Both the position numbers and the translations under genes were made by a program. The notes under the pieces were generated by a model. It made no database searches. It was not told the origin of the DNA and worked only from the letters and a program-made list of their open reading frames with translations. From contig OX597819.1 of NCBI GenBank assembly GCA_951406725.2, positions 95,790,001 through 95,854,000 on the forward strand: DNA of 64,000 bases, read 5' to 3'. This DNA comes from Octopus vulgaris. Its lineage: Eukaryota. Within the stretch, counting starts at the first letter, position 1. Every line of letters begins with the position of its first letter. Below are positions 1 through 12,182 of the stretch, one piece after another.

Positions 1-3
1 CAG
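1..3 (+). CDS. GALM: Last bases of an upstream GALM exon (partial, donor GTAAAT at 4)
   Basis: cag|gtaaat. The phase-1 G joins GA at 2348 to give the Gly of the conserved (IP)TG motif. Confidence 0.5.
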
Positions 4-699
4 GTAAATATTCCTCCTCTGATTACTAAATATTTATGAAATAAATGACTTACACAGAAAGACTGGTGTTTTTTTTTTTCTGCTGTTATGTGTATCAGAT
101 GATGAAGTGTTGTGACAGGTGGCAAGATGCTATATTGGAACAGATATGTTTAACCTATGTAATTATGAAAAAGTAGACTTTAAAATATTATCACAATGGT
201 ATCAGTTTAATGTACTATATACAAATAGAGATATTTGTATATAGTACAAAACTTAAAGTATTCTACCTGAATTTAAAATTGTTTATAGATGCAAGCTAAT
301 AAAAGAGCCTCTTTGTGGTCACTTGGAATGCTAGAAAAAGCAGAATCTTCTCTAAATCACACCCACTCTCTTTAATGCATTATATCAGTAAAAGATAGTA
401 TGGTCACAGCTAGAATGCTCAATCAGAACAGACCTGGAGTTAACTTACTGTTTTTGAATCTATACAACTTTATGGTAATTGTTTGCACATACTTTACATT
501 AAGCAATCCCATTTACAGATGGTTCTTGAAGGATAAGCATTTTAATCTGAGTTATAAAACCACAGCTGCTAACTTTTATAGATCCGAAATACAATTGTCT
601 TTTCTATAATGTAATTTATATCTGGTGTGACTGTGACTGATTTTACTCTAATTTAAGCATTTAAAAAAATTTTTCAAATCTGTGTATTTTGAAAATTCT

Positions 700-2100
700 T
701 CTAACCATATATGTTTAAGAATATTTTTATATAATGGCTTGATCTGAAAGACAGTATTGTTCCCATGATCTTTGCATGTTTTCAAGAACCAGTAAGATTG
801 ATATGGTTTCACAGATTTCCATCAATGGCAGAAAGACTTGCTAAAGGAATTTCAGAGAAAGGAATTAGCAGTAGAAAAGGTAGAGACAAGAGACAGTGTA
901 TCTGTAGGCCAGAGGCTGAAGTATGTTGGTAAACAAGATCATGCTTGTATATGATAAATGTTAACTATCTCATGGAACACATAAGTTCAGTAAACTAGTG
1001 TTCAGCCATGGTTTTTGTAGTGTTAATGTCATCAGATGTATACTTTTGAAAATAGGGTAATACTTTATGCAGACAAAATTCCTAGAAGAACTATGTTCTA
1101 GTTTCAGATAAATTCAAATCTACAGTAGTGGAGGAATAGTAATTTGAAATTAATGTTCTACATATATACACTATATTATGTAGCTCTTTGTTTCTTATAG
1201 AGCAATAAACAATGATTTGCTGTCAGCAAACTTGTGATAAGAGCTTCATCTGTTTATTAGTAAGTTATTGGCTTACAAGACTAAGCTAAACTGGGTAGGT
1301 TCCATGGTAGTATGGGCAGAGGATAACAATAATATTGGATTATAAGTTTTATTACTTATCTTTTGACAACTTCAGTGATGAATTTAGTGTGAAGATAGGA
1401 GCTCCATCATTGTTCAGTTTGTAGTGCTCTCCTATTCATTATAGTCCTACAAGCCATGACAAAGGAGTTTAAGACTGGATTTTCATGGGAAAATTTATGC
1501 TGAAAATTTAGGGGAATAAGAGAAGAAATTCCAGTTATTGAAGCTAAACCTATAATTGTGAGGCCTTAGCAAAGACAAAGGTTTTAGTAAATAGGGAAGG
1601 AGACTGGGCTCTGTACCTTCAGGGAAATGGCCTTGCTTGATATACATTAAAGGAATTGGTATACACTGTATTTACTGCAAGCTATGGACATACAAGAGAT
1701 GTAGTAGAATCACTGGCAGACTATCCAAAAGTGTAAGCTTCAAATATGGTAGATACATTGGAACAGCTCATACAATCACATTGGAAATTGATATTTTTAA
1801 ATATACTACACAAGTAGTAGTTGACAGTTTTTGTTTCATAGGATATTTAATTAGAAAGTGAGGTGGTTGCTCTGAAAGAATAGTAACAAGAGTGACAACT
1901 GGAAGAGGAAGCTACTACCACTGCTGATTTGTTATCCTCACATTTCCTTGAAGTATTTGAATATCAAGAAGTGTATTTTTTATACAGAGAAGTGACTTCA
2001 ACCATTGTATTAGAAATTTGTTCCAGTGTAGTATGCTTTCAAGAATTTATTATTAAAGAATATTTTTGAAATATCTATTTTGGCATAAATTGAATGTTGG
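700..2100 (-). mobile_element. Highly decayed non-LTR retrotransposon remnant (CR1/L2-like), boundaries approximate
   Basis: Stop-ridden minus-strand translation near 1000-1065 (ITLFSK...DDIN) resembles the ITPIFKKG..D..NYRP region of RT. Confidence 0.25.
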
Positions 2101-2347
2101 TGAGTCCTACATGTACTGATAATTATCTTCAATTTGAAACCAATGAGTTTGTATCCTTTACAAAGGATTGGGGCAAGGAAAGTACAAATATTTTCTTATT
2201 TCATTATAAGAACCAAATTTATATATTTTATAAACTGGTTCATGTATATCAGTAGTAAACAATAGAATATTTCATTTTAAGTTGTTTGTTTTTAATTTGC
2301 AGAATTGAAAATTTTAATGCCTTAAACTCTCTTTCCTTCCATTCCAG

Positions 2348-2483
2348 GAGAAATTCGACCTGTTGATGGAACACCTATGGATCTAACAAAAAAAGTTCTT
2401 CTGAGTGAAAAATTCAAAGAACTTCCTGATGGTTATGACCATACATATTGCTTTGGAAATCTTGAGAAAAAACTGATAGCTTT
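2348..2483 (+). CDS. GALM: Aldose 1-epimerase (galactose mutarotase), internal exon
   Basis: ttccag acceptor and gtaagt donor. Translates GEIRPVDGTPMDLTKKVLLSEKFKELPDGYDHTYCFGNLEKKLIA, matching the GALM GE..PV.GT..D...G(F/Y)DH..C region. Confidence 0.92.
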
Positions 2484-2494
2484 GTAAGTAAACA

Positions 2495-3703
2495 TTGGGT
2501 CATCCCATAAATAATACAGTTTTTACAATTGCATGAACTAAAAGTCAGAGGGGAGTGGGATAACTACCTGCATCAACTTGCTATAAAAGCAGGTAGTAAT
2601 TTTACCTTGCATTTATTCTTAGTGCAAGTTTTGAAGAGTGCAGTTCGATTTTAACAGTTATACTTTCAAAGCTATAATGAAAGTGACAAAGGAGCATATT
2701 TGGCATATTTTGCTTTATGAGTTCAATAAAAGCAACAATGCAACGGAAAGTGCAAGGAATATTAATGCAGAATATGGGGATTGGACAATAAGTGTAAGCC
2801 AGTGTCGATGGTTGTTCCAGAAATTCTGAGCCAGAAACTACAGCCAAGAAGATAAGCCTCATCCTGGAAGATCTGTAAAGCTTGATGGAACAAAATCCCA
2901 TCATAACTATTGAGGAACTAGCAGAGAAGCTCGGGTTTGGTCATTCAACCATTCACTATTACCTGTGTGCCATTGGAAAAGTCAGCAAATTGGGTTAATG
3001 AGTACCTCACAAACTTTCCAAGTCTAATTGCATGCAAAGGATGAATGTGTGCTCTTCCTTGCTGTCATGTTTTACAAATGTACTTTTTTGACCAAATAGT
3101 GACTGGTAACAAGAAATGGGTTCCCTATAAAAATGTCAAGCTCCGAAGACAGTGGGCAAGGAAAGGAGAAATACCGGCACCCCAGGCTAAAGAAGGTCTT
3201 CACCCATGTGAGGTATTGTTATCTGTTTGGTGGGATATGAAAGATTTAGTTCACTTTGAACTTTTAAACCCAAACCAAACAATAAGAAAGATCTATGGCA
3301 AGCAGCTTGAGCGGTTTAAGTCAGCACTAGAAAAAAACCCGACCATCTTTGGTTTCAAGATGAAAGATGTTCTTCCATTAGGATAATGCTCAGCCACATA
3401 TAATGAGGATGACGTTCCAAAGGCTAGAGTAGTTTGAATGAGAAACGATGTCCCACCCACCATATTTGCCAGACATTGCCCCGTCTGATTATAATTTATT
3501 TTGCAGTCTGCAGAATCATTTGGATGGGAAAAGTATGAATTCTGTAGACGAAGTCAGAACAGTAGTGGAGGAGTATTTTTTGTCATGGACAAGTGAATTT
3601 TGGAAGATGGGTCTTGGAAAAGCATTGTAGAAAATGAAGGAGAGTATATTTTAGATTAAATAAAAGAAGCATAAAAAAACACATTATTTATGGGATGATC
3701 CAA
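2495..3703 (+). mobile_element. Full-length but mutated mariner (DD34D) transposon in a GALM intron
   Basis: TIRs ttgggtcatcccataaataat and attatttatgggatgatccaa, flanked by CA (left) and TA (right). The disrupted transposase runs from ATG 2677: MKVTKEHIWHILLYEF..., IVTGNKKW (TGDEKW), LLSVWWD, HPPYLPDIAPSDY. Confidence 0.93.
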
Positions 3704-4467
3704 TATTATTTTCTTTCTGTTTCATATTTATGTTAGGAGAGGCTAATTTATATATGTATGGAAAAAAATGACATTGATATTTTTTTTATGTGTTTATACA
3801 CTGTGACTTGGTGTCGACACATTCATGCACAGAGTGAGTTTATTTGTGCTTAGTTTCAGGTGACATTGGAAAACAAAAGTTAGATGCTGCAGCTGTGGCC
3901 TAACTTTTAAATAAAGCACTTTGTTATAAGCAAAACCACTAAAGAGACAACCAGAAAATATTAAAAACACTCTCACATATATGAATAAATAAATATAAAA
4001 ATCAATATTGAAGTGTTGAGTAAGAGAAAACTATATGTGAATGAATTATTTATTAGAAATGTTAAGAGCAACCATAAAGAATCAAAAAGCCTATCTGAAA
4101 AAGCAATACACTTGAGAATCCTATTATGCTTCATTCTTCAATTTTTTCCTCTTCATTCAAAGCCTTAAGTGGAGAACCAAAAGGAACTTCTAAATGTTGA
4201 TTATTATTATCTTCGGGAAGATACTAGCATCATAGTAGAAATATGAAACATTAATAAACTTCTCTTTATACTATAAACAAACTAACATGTTTATATAGCA
4301 AGTATTAGTTGGCTGTTGGTAGCAAGTGGTTGTAAAGACAAGGCCAACTGCTTGATGAGTCAGAGTGATCCTTAACTTGCATCCAGTTATAGAGGCTTTT
4401 ATTTTATTCACTATAATGAACCTTCAATTATGTATTGTTATTTCTTGATTATTTAAATATCCCTTTT

Positions 4468-4694
4468 TAACTTTTTAGTATTCAGATTACTCTGTTAAAT
4501 GTAATGCTTATTTATTCATATTGTTTTGAATTAATTATGCACTATCTTGTAGCTATGAAATTTCAATGATGTGACTGTTTATTTTTAGAATGACATTATA
4601 GGGTAGGTGTGAGAGACCAAATCTGGCCAGTTTGAATATAAAACAGGTAAAATATTTGGGCTGGATATGGCCAGTTTAAATGCTAAAGGGTCAA
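4468..4694. mobile_element. piggyBac-like MITE (degenerate)
   Basis: The ends ttaactttttagtatt and aatgctaaagggtcaa are degenerate inverted repeats with TTAA-like flanks. Confidence 0.45.
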
Positions 4695-5307
4695 TCTATT
4701 GTTATATCTACATTCTCCTCTCTGGCAGTTATTTACCTTATAACAAAAGGCTGCACTAAAGTTGTCGCTAATAGTTTAATATGAAACAGCTGAAGAACAT
4801 ATATTTCAGTGAGATAATGAATAATATGTGACCTAAAAGGAAGTTGGTCGTTATCCAATCTAGTTTTAAATATTTTTAAGATGGTAAAGTTTGATTTCAG
4901 GGAAATTTGGTTGCTGTTTGTAGTAGGTCAAGCTACCACATAGACTCTATTGTTACTTGCTTGATAGTAGTTGTAGCAGTAGTAGTATATAAAGCATATA
5001 TTTTTGAGATATATTTAGTTATAGTGGTATTGTGATCTAGAGATATAGTGTATCTAGAACTGCCAGCATCTGATGTGTCCTGCTTTCAAGGCAATAGAGT
5101 TTTATTTGAAGGAAATTTGACTGCTATTTCTTACATATCTGTTAATGGCATAGACTTCCACTAGCTTAATGTAAACTTTGAGATAGATAGGCATCGGTGA
5201 ACTGCTGCCTTAGACAGTATTTATATCAAAACAGATTAAACAGTATGTTTCATGTTTTACTATATAGCAGTGAATCTTTGAACAGTAAAGCCAGAAGTAT
5301 TGTGGCT

Positions 5308-5768
5308 CACTTGAAAAGGAAAGTGAGAGTAGAGAGGCAAGTTTTGTCTAGCGAATGTTTCAAAAAAAGATGGGTGAATGTAACACGGATGGCACGTATG
5401 AATGACGAAACCACCTTGAGCATAATCCTATGAACCAGGACAAATTTAAAACAGAGAGTTACTTACTTGCAAGTAAATGTGTTAACATGTGACATTAATG
5501 ACCGAGGTTACTGTGGTCTTTTCCGTAGGCTTTTCTTTCCATGGATAAACCTTGTCTGTTTCCCCCTTTCCACTTTACATCATGACATTTCTGTGATCCA
5601 CGATACCTATTGATAATTTTTTGTTGTCTTTTCTTCTTTTTTTTTTCCTTTTTACGATCCCTTTTGATCGAAAACCTACCCCACTTTTTTTTTCCTCCCC
5701 CAAAAGAAAAGCTCTACTTTGTAATTTGTCCCATCTGTGTTCAGCCCTGTGTGGCTAATAAAGAAACA
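5308..5768 (+). mobile_element. 5'-truncated Tx1/L1-clade LINE (ORF2 C-terminus plus 3' UTR) with a 10-bp TSD
   Basis: HLKRKVRVERQVLSSECFKKRWVNVTRMARM is homologous to the C-terminus of ORF 23810-24544. TSD tattgtggct at 5298-5307 and 5769-5778. Confidence 0.85.
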
Positions 5769-6428
5769 TATTGTGGCTGTTGATGAAAAGTTTAATATGA
5801 ATGATTAGTCATTCATTTTAAAGTTGGTTGTTGTTGGTCATTAAATGTAAATTTGTTTTAGCTTGATACCAACAGTCAGCAAGTAGACCTTCAACCAAAA
5901 TTTTTTTTTAAGGTTATATAGTATATCTTCTTATGAGTCTTTCTGTTTCTGATATGACAGGGTTTAATTTGAAAGAGTTGTATTCTTTCTTTTATTCTTT
6001 CACCAGCTTCAGTCATTGAACTGTACCCATTTCATTTGATATTTATTTTAACATACTAATAATATACAAAATGCAAAGTGCGGTGAGACATATATGTTGC
6101 ATGATATTTCTGTTTGAATGTACCAGTTCTCAAACATGCTTGAGTGTTAAGGACTTTAACCAACATTTTCAAGAGATAATTACATTAGTATGGATTTTCA
6201 ATGTGAATGGTTGACATATATACACAGCAAAGAACAAATTTGTTACAGAAGACACATGATGTCATCATAAGCCATCACAATGGTTAGGCCTCTTGTATGA
6301 CATAATGCAATATAAAGAATGCATAAAAAGATAGGGTATTGTATAATCAATGACATGTATATTTAAAATCAATCTTAATAGTGATTCTGATGAATTCATT
6401 TTATATTGATTTTCTTTTCAAATTATAG

Positions 6429-6600
6429 GGTGTGGCATGAAGAGACTGAACGAAGCCTCAAAGTTTGGTCTACCCAACCTGGAGTGCATGTGTACACTGG
6501 TTATTTCCTTAATGGGCCAGTGGGTAAAGACAGTGCAGTCTATAAAAAATATTCTGGACTTTGTTTGGAAACACAACACTATCCTAATAGTGTTAATGAA
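6429..6600 (+). CDS. GALM: Aldose 1-epimerase, internal exon
   Basis: ttatag acceptor and gtaagt donor, phase compatible with the previous exon. VWHEETERSLKVWSTQPGVHVYTGYFLNG...YSGLCLETQHYPNSVNE contains the TQPG..YTG and catalytic CLETQ motifs. Confidence 0.95.
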
Positions 6601-6675
6601 GTAAGTGTTCGGTTCTTTAAAAAAATTGTTCCTTTTCTCTATCTCTCTCACATATGTTTGGGTGTGTGTGTACAT

Positions 6676-7060
6676 GTGGCACCTTGAGCAAATGTCTTCT
6701 ACTATAGCTCTGGGCCAGCCAAAGCCTTGTGAGTAGATTTGGTAGAAGAAAACCTGTTGTTGTTGTTGTTGTGTGTGTGTGTGTGTGTGTGAACGTGTGT
6801 ATGTTTGTATCTCCTTGTCTTTGACATTGCTCGATAGTTGTATATAGGTATTACTATCATACAAGCAGTGACATTCATTTCTGATATTCTGCAAAAGCAT
6901 GTATGGCCATGAAGAAATATTACCTTGGAAACAGGTGGGGGTTGACAACAGGAAGGGTGTCTGACCATAGAAAATCTGCTTCAATAAACTCTGTCCAACC
7001 CTTGCAAGCATGGGTAAGTGCACCTTAAGACAATGGTGAAGATGATGATGATGGTGATGA
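6676..7060 (+). mobile_element. SINE with RTE-type 3' tail, 5' part missing
   Basis: Core ggcaccttgagcaaatgtcttctactatagc...aaagccttgtgagt is repeated elsewhere in the window. Ends in gcatgg...(gat)n like the RTE at 27384. Confidence 0.7.
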
Positions 7061-8742
7061 TTGACTCAAGACGGAGTTATTAAACTGGTGAAAGAAGTGA
7101 AACCTGACCTTAGGAGTTTGAATGTTGTGAAGGAGATGACAAGGGATTGCAGCAGGTGTTAAGATACCGTACTGAAGCAGACACAAATGACTTGTGTCAG
7201 TATGGAAAAACAGGTATAAAAATGATGATAATGGTGATGAGAGAGAAAAATTATTTATTCACTGATAAAGCTGTTATTACTTTATTTGCATCAGAAGTGT
7301 ATTTTTTGAATGACTAAGAAACTGCACCTATCATAATAAGCGTAAATTTGAACTGTTCTATCCTAAATCCTTTAAAATATTTTAGTATTATTCTGAGTAT
7401 TATTTAGTATTATTCTGAGTATTATTATTTAGTAGTATTCTCAAACCCAATTGGAATTAACCTTGTCTTCCATCTGTCTGGGGTTAGGTTGGTTCAAAAA
7501 TAATTGCAGTTTTCATTTCTAAATTTTGATGTTTATTTTGGATTAAACTTTTTTTAAACTATGTTCATGTAACATACCATTTTAAAGAACAAATTCTATA
7601 TATTATATGTGTTATTATTTTTTAAATATTTTAATACATAAACAAATAATTACACCCTTTCTGGATAGGGTTATCTGCTAGGTAAGTTAAAATGGATTAG
7701 TCCTGTTAATATATAGATTTAAGATAATTTGAATGAGAGAAACAGACTTTAATTTATAAGAAAACAAATGATAAGTTGTGAAGTTTTGCATTCTTTAAGG
7801 CATTCATAACATAACATGACCAAAATTGATCATGGACATATTGTGCATGAAGGAGAATAGCAACAACAAAAACAAAAATCTGCTAACAATTAGATATATT
7901 CTTCTTCTTTGCCTTCCAGCTCCCTGTAGAGCATTGGCTATTAGTGTATGCTTAGCAAGTCTTGTTTCATGCAGTTATTTCTAACAGCTTCCAGTAGTCT
8001 AGAAAAAAATTCACAATTCTCTGAGATACAGAACCATTTTTGCTTTAGACAGGCAAGATATTTTGTCTTCTATGTATGTCTTCAGAGTAGAAGTGTATTG
8101 GCTTATTGTTGGGGTGTTATACTCATGATTGTAAGATTGCGCTTTTGATTCCCACACTGGGTGATGGTGCTGTGTTCTTCAGCAAAACACTCCATGTCAT
8201 ATTCCTCCACTCTACTCAGCTGTAAATAAGTAATTCTGCAACAGATTGGCATCCCATTCCGTGGGAATGTTGTAATTTCAGTTACTTGTACCATGTGGAA
8301 ACTGGGTAACAGGCTCTATTACTTTGCTTTTCTTCTTGTCTTCATAGCAAGAAATATTCCCATGCTTTAGGGCTGCTAATGCTACACACACATTGGAGGA
8401 CAAAGCCTGAATTTAGCAGTTTATTTACAGTGTCGCATCCAGAAACAAACAATAGATGCCATCCTTTGCATTGCTTGTAGGGAGCCTGCATCTATACGGA
8501 GATTAGATATATTCAAGAATTTGTGATACCAATAGCCTTTTTACATCACTGCTAACCCTGTATACTTGATACACAAAGAGCAACAGTACAAGTAGCAGAC
8601 AAATCTAAGCTCTCTCCTTTCTAATTAGCTATGGTGCTATTTTATTATAAGAAATATATGCAAATCCTATTCTTTCTAGTAACAAAATGTAAATAACACT
8701 AACTTAATTCCTATTGAAAATACCTTATTATTTCCTTTCCAG

Positions 8743-8856
8743 CCTAAATTTCCAAATACAGTTTTATACCCTGGGGAGACCTTTCGGCAGACAACTTGGT
8801 TCCAGTTTGGTGTTCTCAACGAGGTCCAGTACAACAGCCTAATCAGTCAAATTTAA
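8743..8856 (+). CDS. GALM: Aldose 1-epimerase, terminal coding exon
   Basis: tttccag acceptor, phase 0. PKFPNTVLYPGETFRQTTWFQFGVLNEVQYNSLISQI* matches the GALM C-terminus P.FP...L.PGE.....TWF.F. Confidence 0.92.
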   Translation, partial: PKFPNTVLYPGETFRQTTWFQFGVLNEVQYNSLISQI

Positions 8857-9090
8857 CCTTACCTGTTTAAACTTAAATCATTTATATGAGGGCAAAGCAC
8901 TAGAAAAACTAATTTGATGTTTCATTTTTTAGCAGGGTTAAAATATTTAGCAGGGGTTAAAATAACTAATTCATTTAGGTTTTTCATTTTGTATACTCAA
9001 ATGGCAGTAAGTTTGGTCTGGGTTTAATTTTTAAAATGAAAAATGGAAGATATAAAGAAAATCTATCAGTTGCCTAAATTCTGCATGTAC

Positions 9091-9140
<50 letters not shown>

Positions 9141-9329
9141 CATGCATATATATTTTTTTTCTTATTTCAGTCATTTGATTGTGGCCATACTGGGGCACTT
9201 CTTTGAAGGTTTTAGTGAATAAATTTGTTTTTAGTGGAATAAGTCTGTTTTTACCGAACTGCTAAGTTATGGTGGACATAAGCAAACACAAACATAGTTT
9301 TATATATATATATATATATATAAAATGTC

Positions 9330-9620
9330 TTGCTTTCCTGAGCCTGGACGTATTAAAGCTCTGGCATCTGCCAACTGACTTGGTATACATCCACAAGATT
9401 ATCCACCATTTTTCTAACAACAACAACCTTGGGCACCTTTTTCAATTATATGTCTAACACTCATGGACATGCTTACAAAATCAAAAGACAACACAGTACA
9501 TATAACTTTTGGAAACGTTTTCTTATGCTCAGAATTGTTGAAGCATGGAATAAACTACCCACATCAGTTGTTAGCTGTCAGGATACCTATTTCCTTCAAA
9601 ATTTCCATACTTCCTGAGAT
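9330..9620 (+). mobile_element. CR1-type LINE 3' fragment
   Basis: SNTHGHAYKIK...FLMLRIVEAWNKLPTSVV matches the CR1 C-terminal TRGH..KL / RVV..WN.LP motif. Confidence 0.7.
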
Positions 9621-11242
9621 TTGCCAACAGTAAGCGATGCACCCCCCTCCCACCTTTTAAATTACTCATTTGCTGTTCACTGCTTGTACATACTCTATGT
9701 ACTATTAGAACATGTACAAGAACTGAGCAGTGAATGAGTCATTAAAAAAGGCAGTAGAGGCATCAGGTGTATTGTTTATACAGTTTTGGCTACTTTTTGT
9801 GAGGAGTTGTAGTGCACCTGAGCATGGTATATAGTTTCTTTCCCCCAGATCCACTCACAAGGCTTTGGTTGACCTGGGGTTATAGTAGAAGACACTTGTT
9901 CATATTGTGTGACTGAACCCCAAAACACATAGTTGGAAAGCAAACTTGTTAAACACACGACCATGCCCGCACCTTATCCATAAGCTTAAAACATTCCTTT
10001 AAATTAATTTTTTTTAGTGCTGACATGATTTGTGCTATATCTCCATGTTAAAACTTTAGATTTTGATGTTGTATATGCAAAACAATGAAAAATGAAGAAA
10101 ATGAAAATTTTATCCTTATATATTTTTTTAAAGCATTGAAAAACTTTTTTCTGTATTTGTGACCATTTAAAGAATGTAAATTTTTCCTTTTTATCCTGAA
10201 GAGCAAATGTAACAAATCCATATTGTGGTTGCAGTATATATGACATTGTAAATGTAGTAACTCTTTGGTTTTCTCAACTGTTGATTTGTCCTCTGCCAAT
10301 ATCTGTGATATTTGCTGTCAGATGAAATGATTATTCATTTACTCTTGAGAATCACAGACAATTGAAGTCAGGGATATATCTAAGGGAGAGAACTACTTTA
10401 TTAACTGGGCTACGCATAAAATATTCCAAAGAATCCATGCTAAGTTTAATTAAAGTCATTAAAAAGTTATATACAAAATATTTTTTTAAATCTTATGTTT
10501 TTACTGGAAACAGTAATAAAAACTACAAAATTTCATTCAATAATTATTTTAAGATTTATTCAATTCAGCTCAATTAACCTAGTTCTCACACCTTGCCTGT
10601 GATGGTTAATTTGTTCAAGGATAAAATTTTCATCCCAATTTTATGAAAGAACTTCATTGTTAAAGTAATGTGCCAACCACCAGTTTAATTTGGAGAAAGT
10701 TTGTTATTTAACTAAATCATTCCAAATTCCTGATTATTTTCAAAGTATGTTGAAAGACATGGAGAGTATATTACAATTTATAATATAGCCATAAAAGGAT
10801 CAAATTTAAAGTCTACAAGGATTTTTTTAATCTTCTTTATCATCGTGGTTGTTAATGTATATTAATGTAACATTCAGATTCTGTAAAGTAAACATGGTTA
10901 CAATTATATATATAATTTTCTGTTAAAATGTCTTACTGATGAGTTTCATTTCTTCACTTACTTGAAGAGAAGATTACATTGTTTTACACCATTTTATTCC
11001 TTTGGAATAATACCAGTGATATCTTCGAAATATATGTTAGAAGTAAAAGAATTTGAATGACACCTGCATTTAACTCCATTTATTTATTTATATATATTAT
11101 ACAAAATATTTCACATAAACTCGAAGTTTCTACCTTTAAAAACAAGGAGTTACAACCTTTTTACTTATGTGATTTTTTTGCTATTCTGGTAACTATTTAT
11201 ATATTTTTTCCGTGTTAATTGTTAACAAGGGAAAATACACAC

Positions 11243-11302
<60 letters not shown>

Positions 11303-11303
<1 letters not shown>

Positions 11304-11387
11304 TATTTAGAAGGTTGTTTGTTATGGTTGGTCAGAGAGTAACCATTGGCCACTCTGGCTGGCCATAACAAACAACCTTCTAAATAT
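11303..11387. repeat. 85-bp hairpin with 25-bp perfect arms
   Basis: atatttagaaggttgtttgttatgg ... ccataacaaacaaccttctaaatat. Confidence 0.85.
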
Positions 11388-11681
11388 ACTAATGTTCTAA
11401 TGTCTAGAGTGTGCTTTTTGGGGGGATATATGATTGATTTTCTATGTGTATATATACACACACACACTCACACATGCACACACCGTGTATATATAGAGAG
11501 ACTTATAGATATACACACCCCATATATATATTGCTTCAGTCATTTGACTGTGGCCAAACTGGAGCACTACCTTAAAGGGTTCTATTTGAACAAATTGTCC
11601 CCAGGACTTATTCTTTGTAAGCCTAGTATTTATCACATTGGTCTCTTGCCAAACTGCTAAGTTACAGGACATAAACACAGG

Positions 11682-11730
<49 letters not shown>

Positions 11731-11847
11731 TAAAACAGTTTGAATCGGGGCCCATGCAAGTTGAAGTCTTGTTGGTTTCATACAGAAACCTAGCTCACTG
11801 GGCTCAGATAGCTTTCTTTCATTTGTCCACTCACTCATATATATATA

Positions 11848-12182
11848 TAAAGGGTAAAGACCCCCTTCGGTCATGAATGACCATGGGATTGCACCTAGAA
11901 AGTTACCCTCCTAGACACAAGTCCGGGCAAGGTTGTTTATGGAAGGCCAGCAGTCGCCCATGCATACCAGCCTCCCCTCTCCACGCCACCAGTGTTATCC
12001 AAGGGAAAGACAAAGGTCGATACAGCTTGGCACCTGTGACGTCGCAACTCATTTCTACAGCTGAGTGAACTGGAGCAACGTGAAATAAAGTGCCTTGCTC
12101 AAGAACACAACACGCAGCCCGGTCCGGGATTCGAGCTCACAACCTCACGATCGTAAGCTCGACGCTCTAACCACTGAGCCAT
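11848..12182 (-). mobile_element. Young tRNA-derived SINE (tRNA-Arg-like head, octopus OR-type)
   Basis: Minus strand reads TGGCTCAGTGGTTAG (A box), TTACGAT (anticodon-like loop, ACG) and GCTCGAATCC (B box), then the core gttcttgagcaaggcacttt. CpG-rich. Confidence 0.8.

Noticed and set aside
6418-7023. 201-aa minus-strand ORF
   Set aside because: It is antisense to a GALM exon plus SINE and microsatellite sequence.
12110-12182. Possible tRNA-Arg gene on the minus strand
   Set aside because: There is no acceptor stem or poly-T terminator, and the sequence continues into a SINE body.
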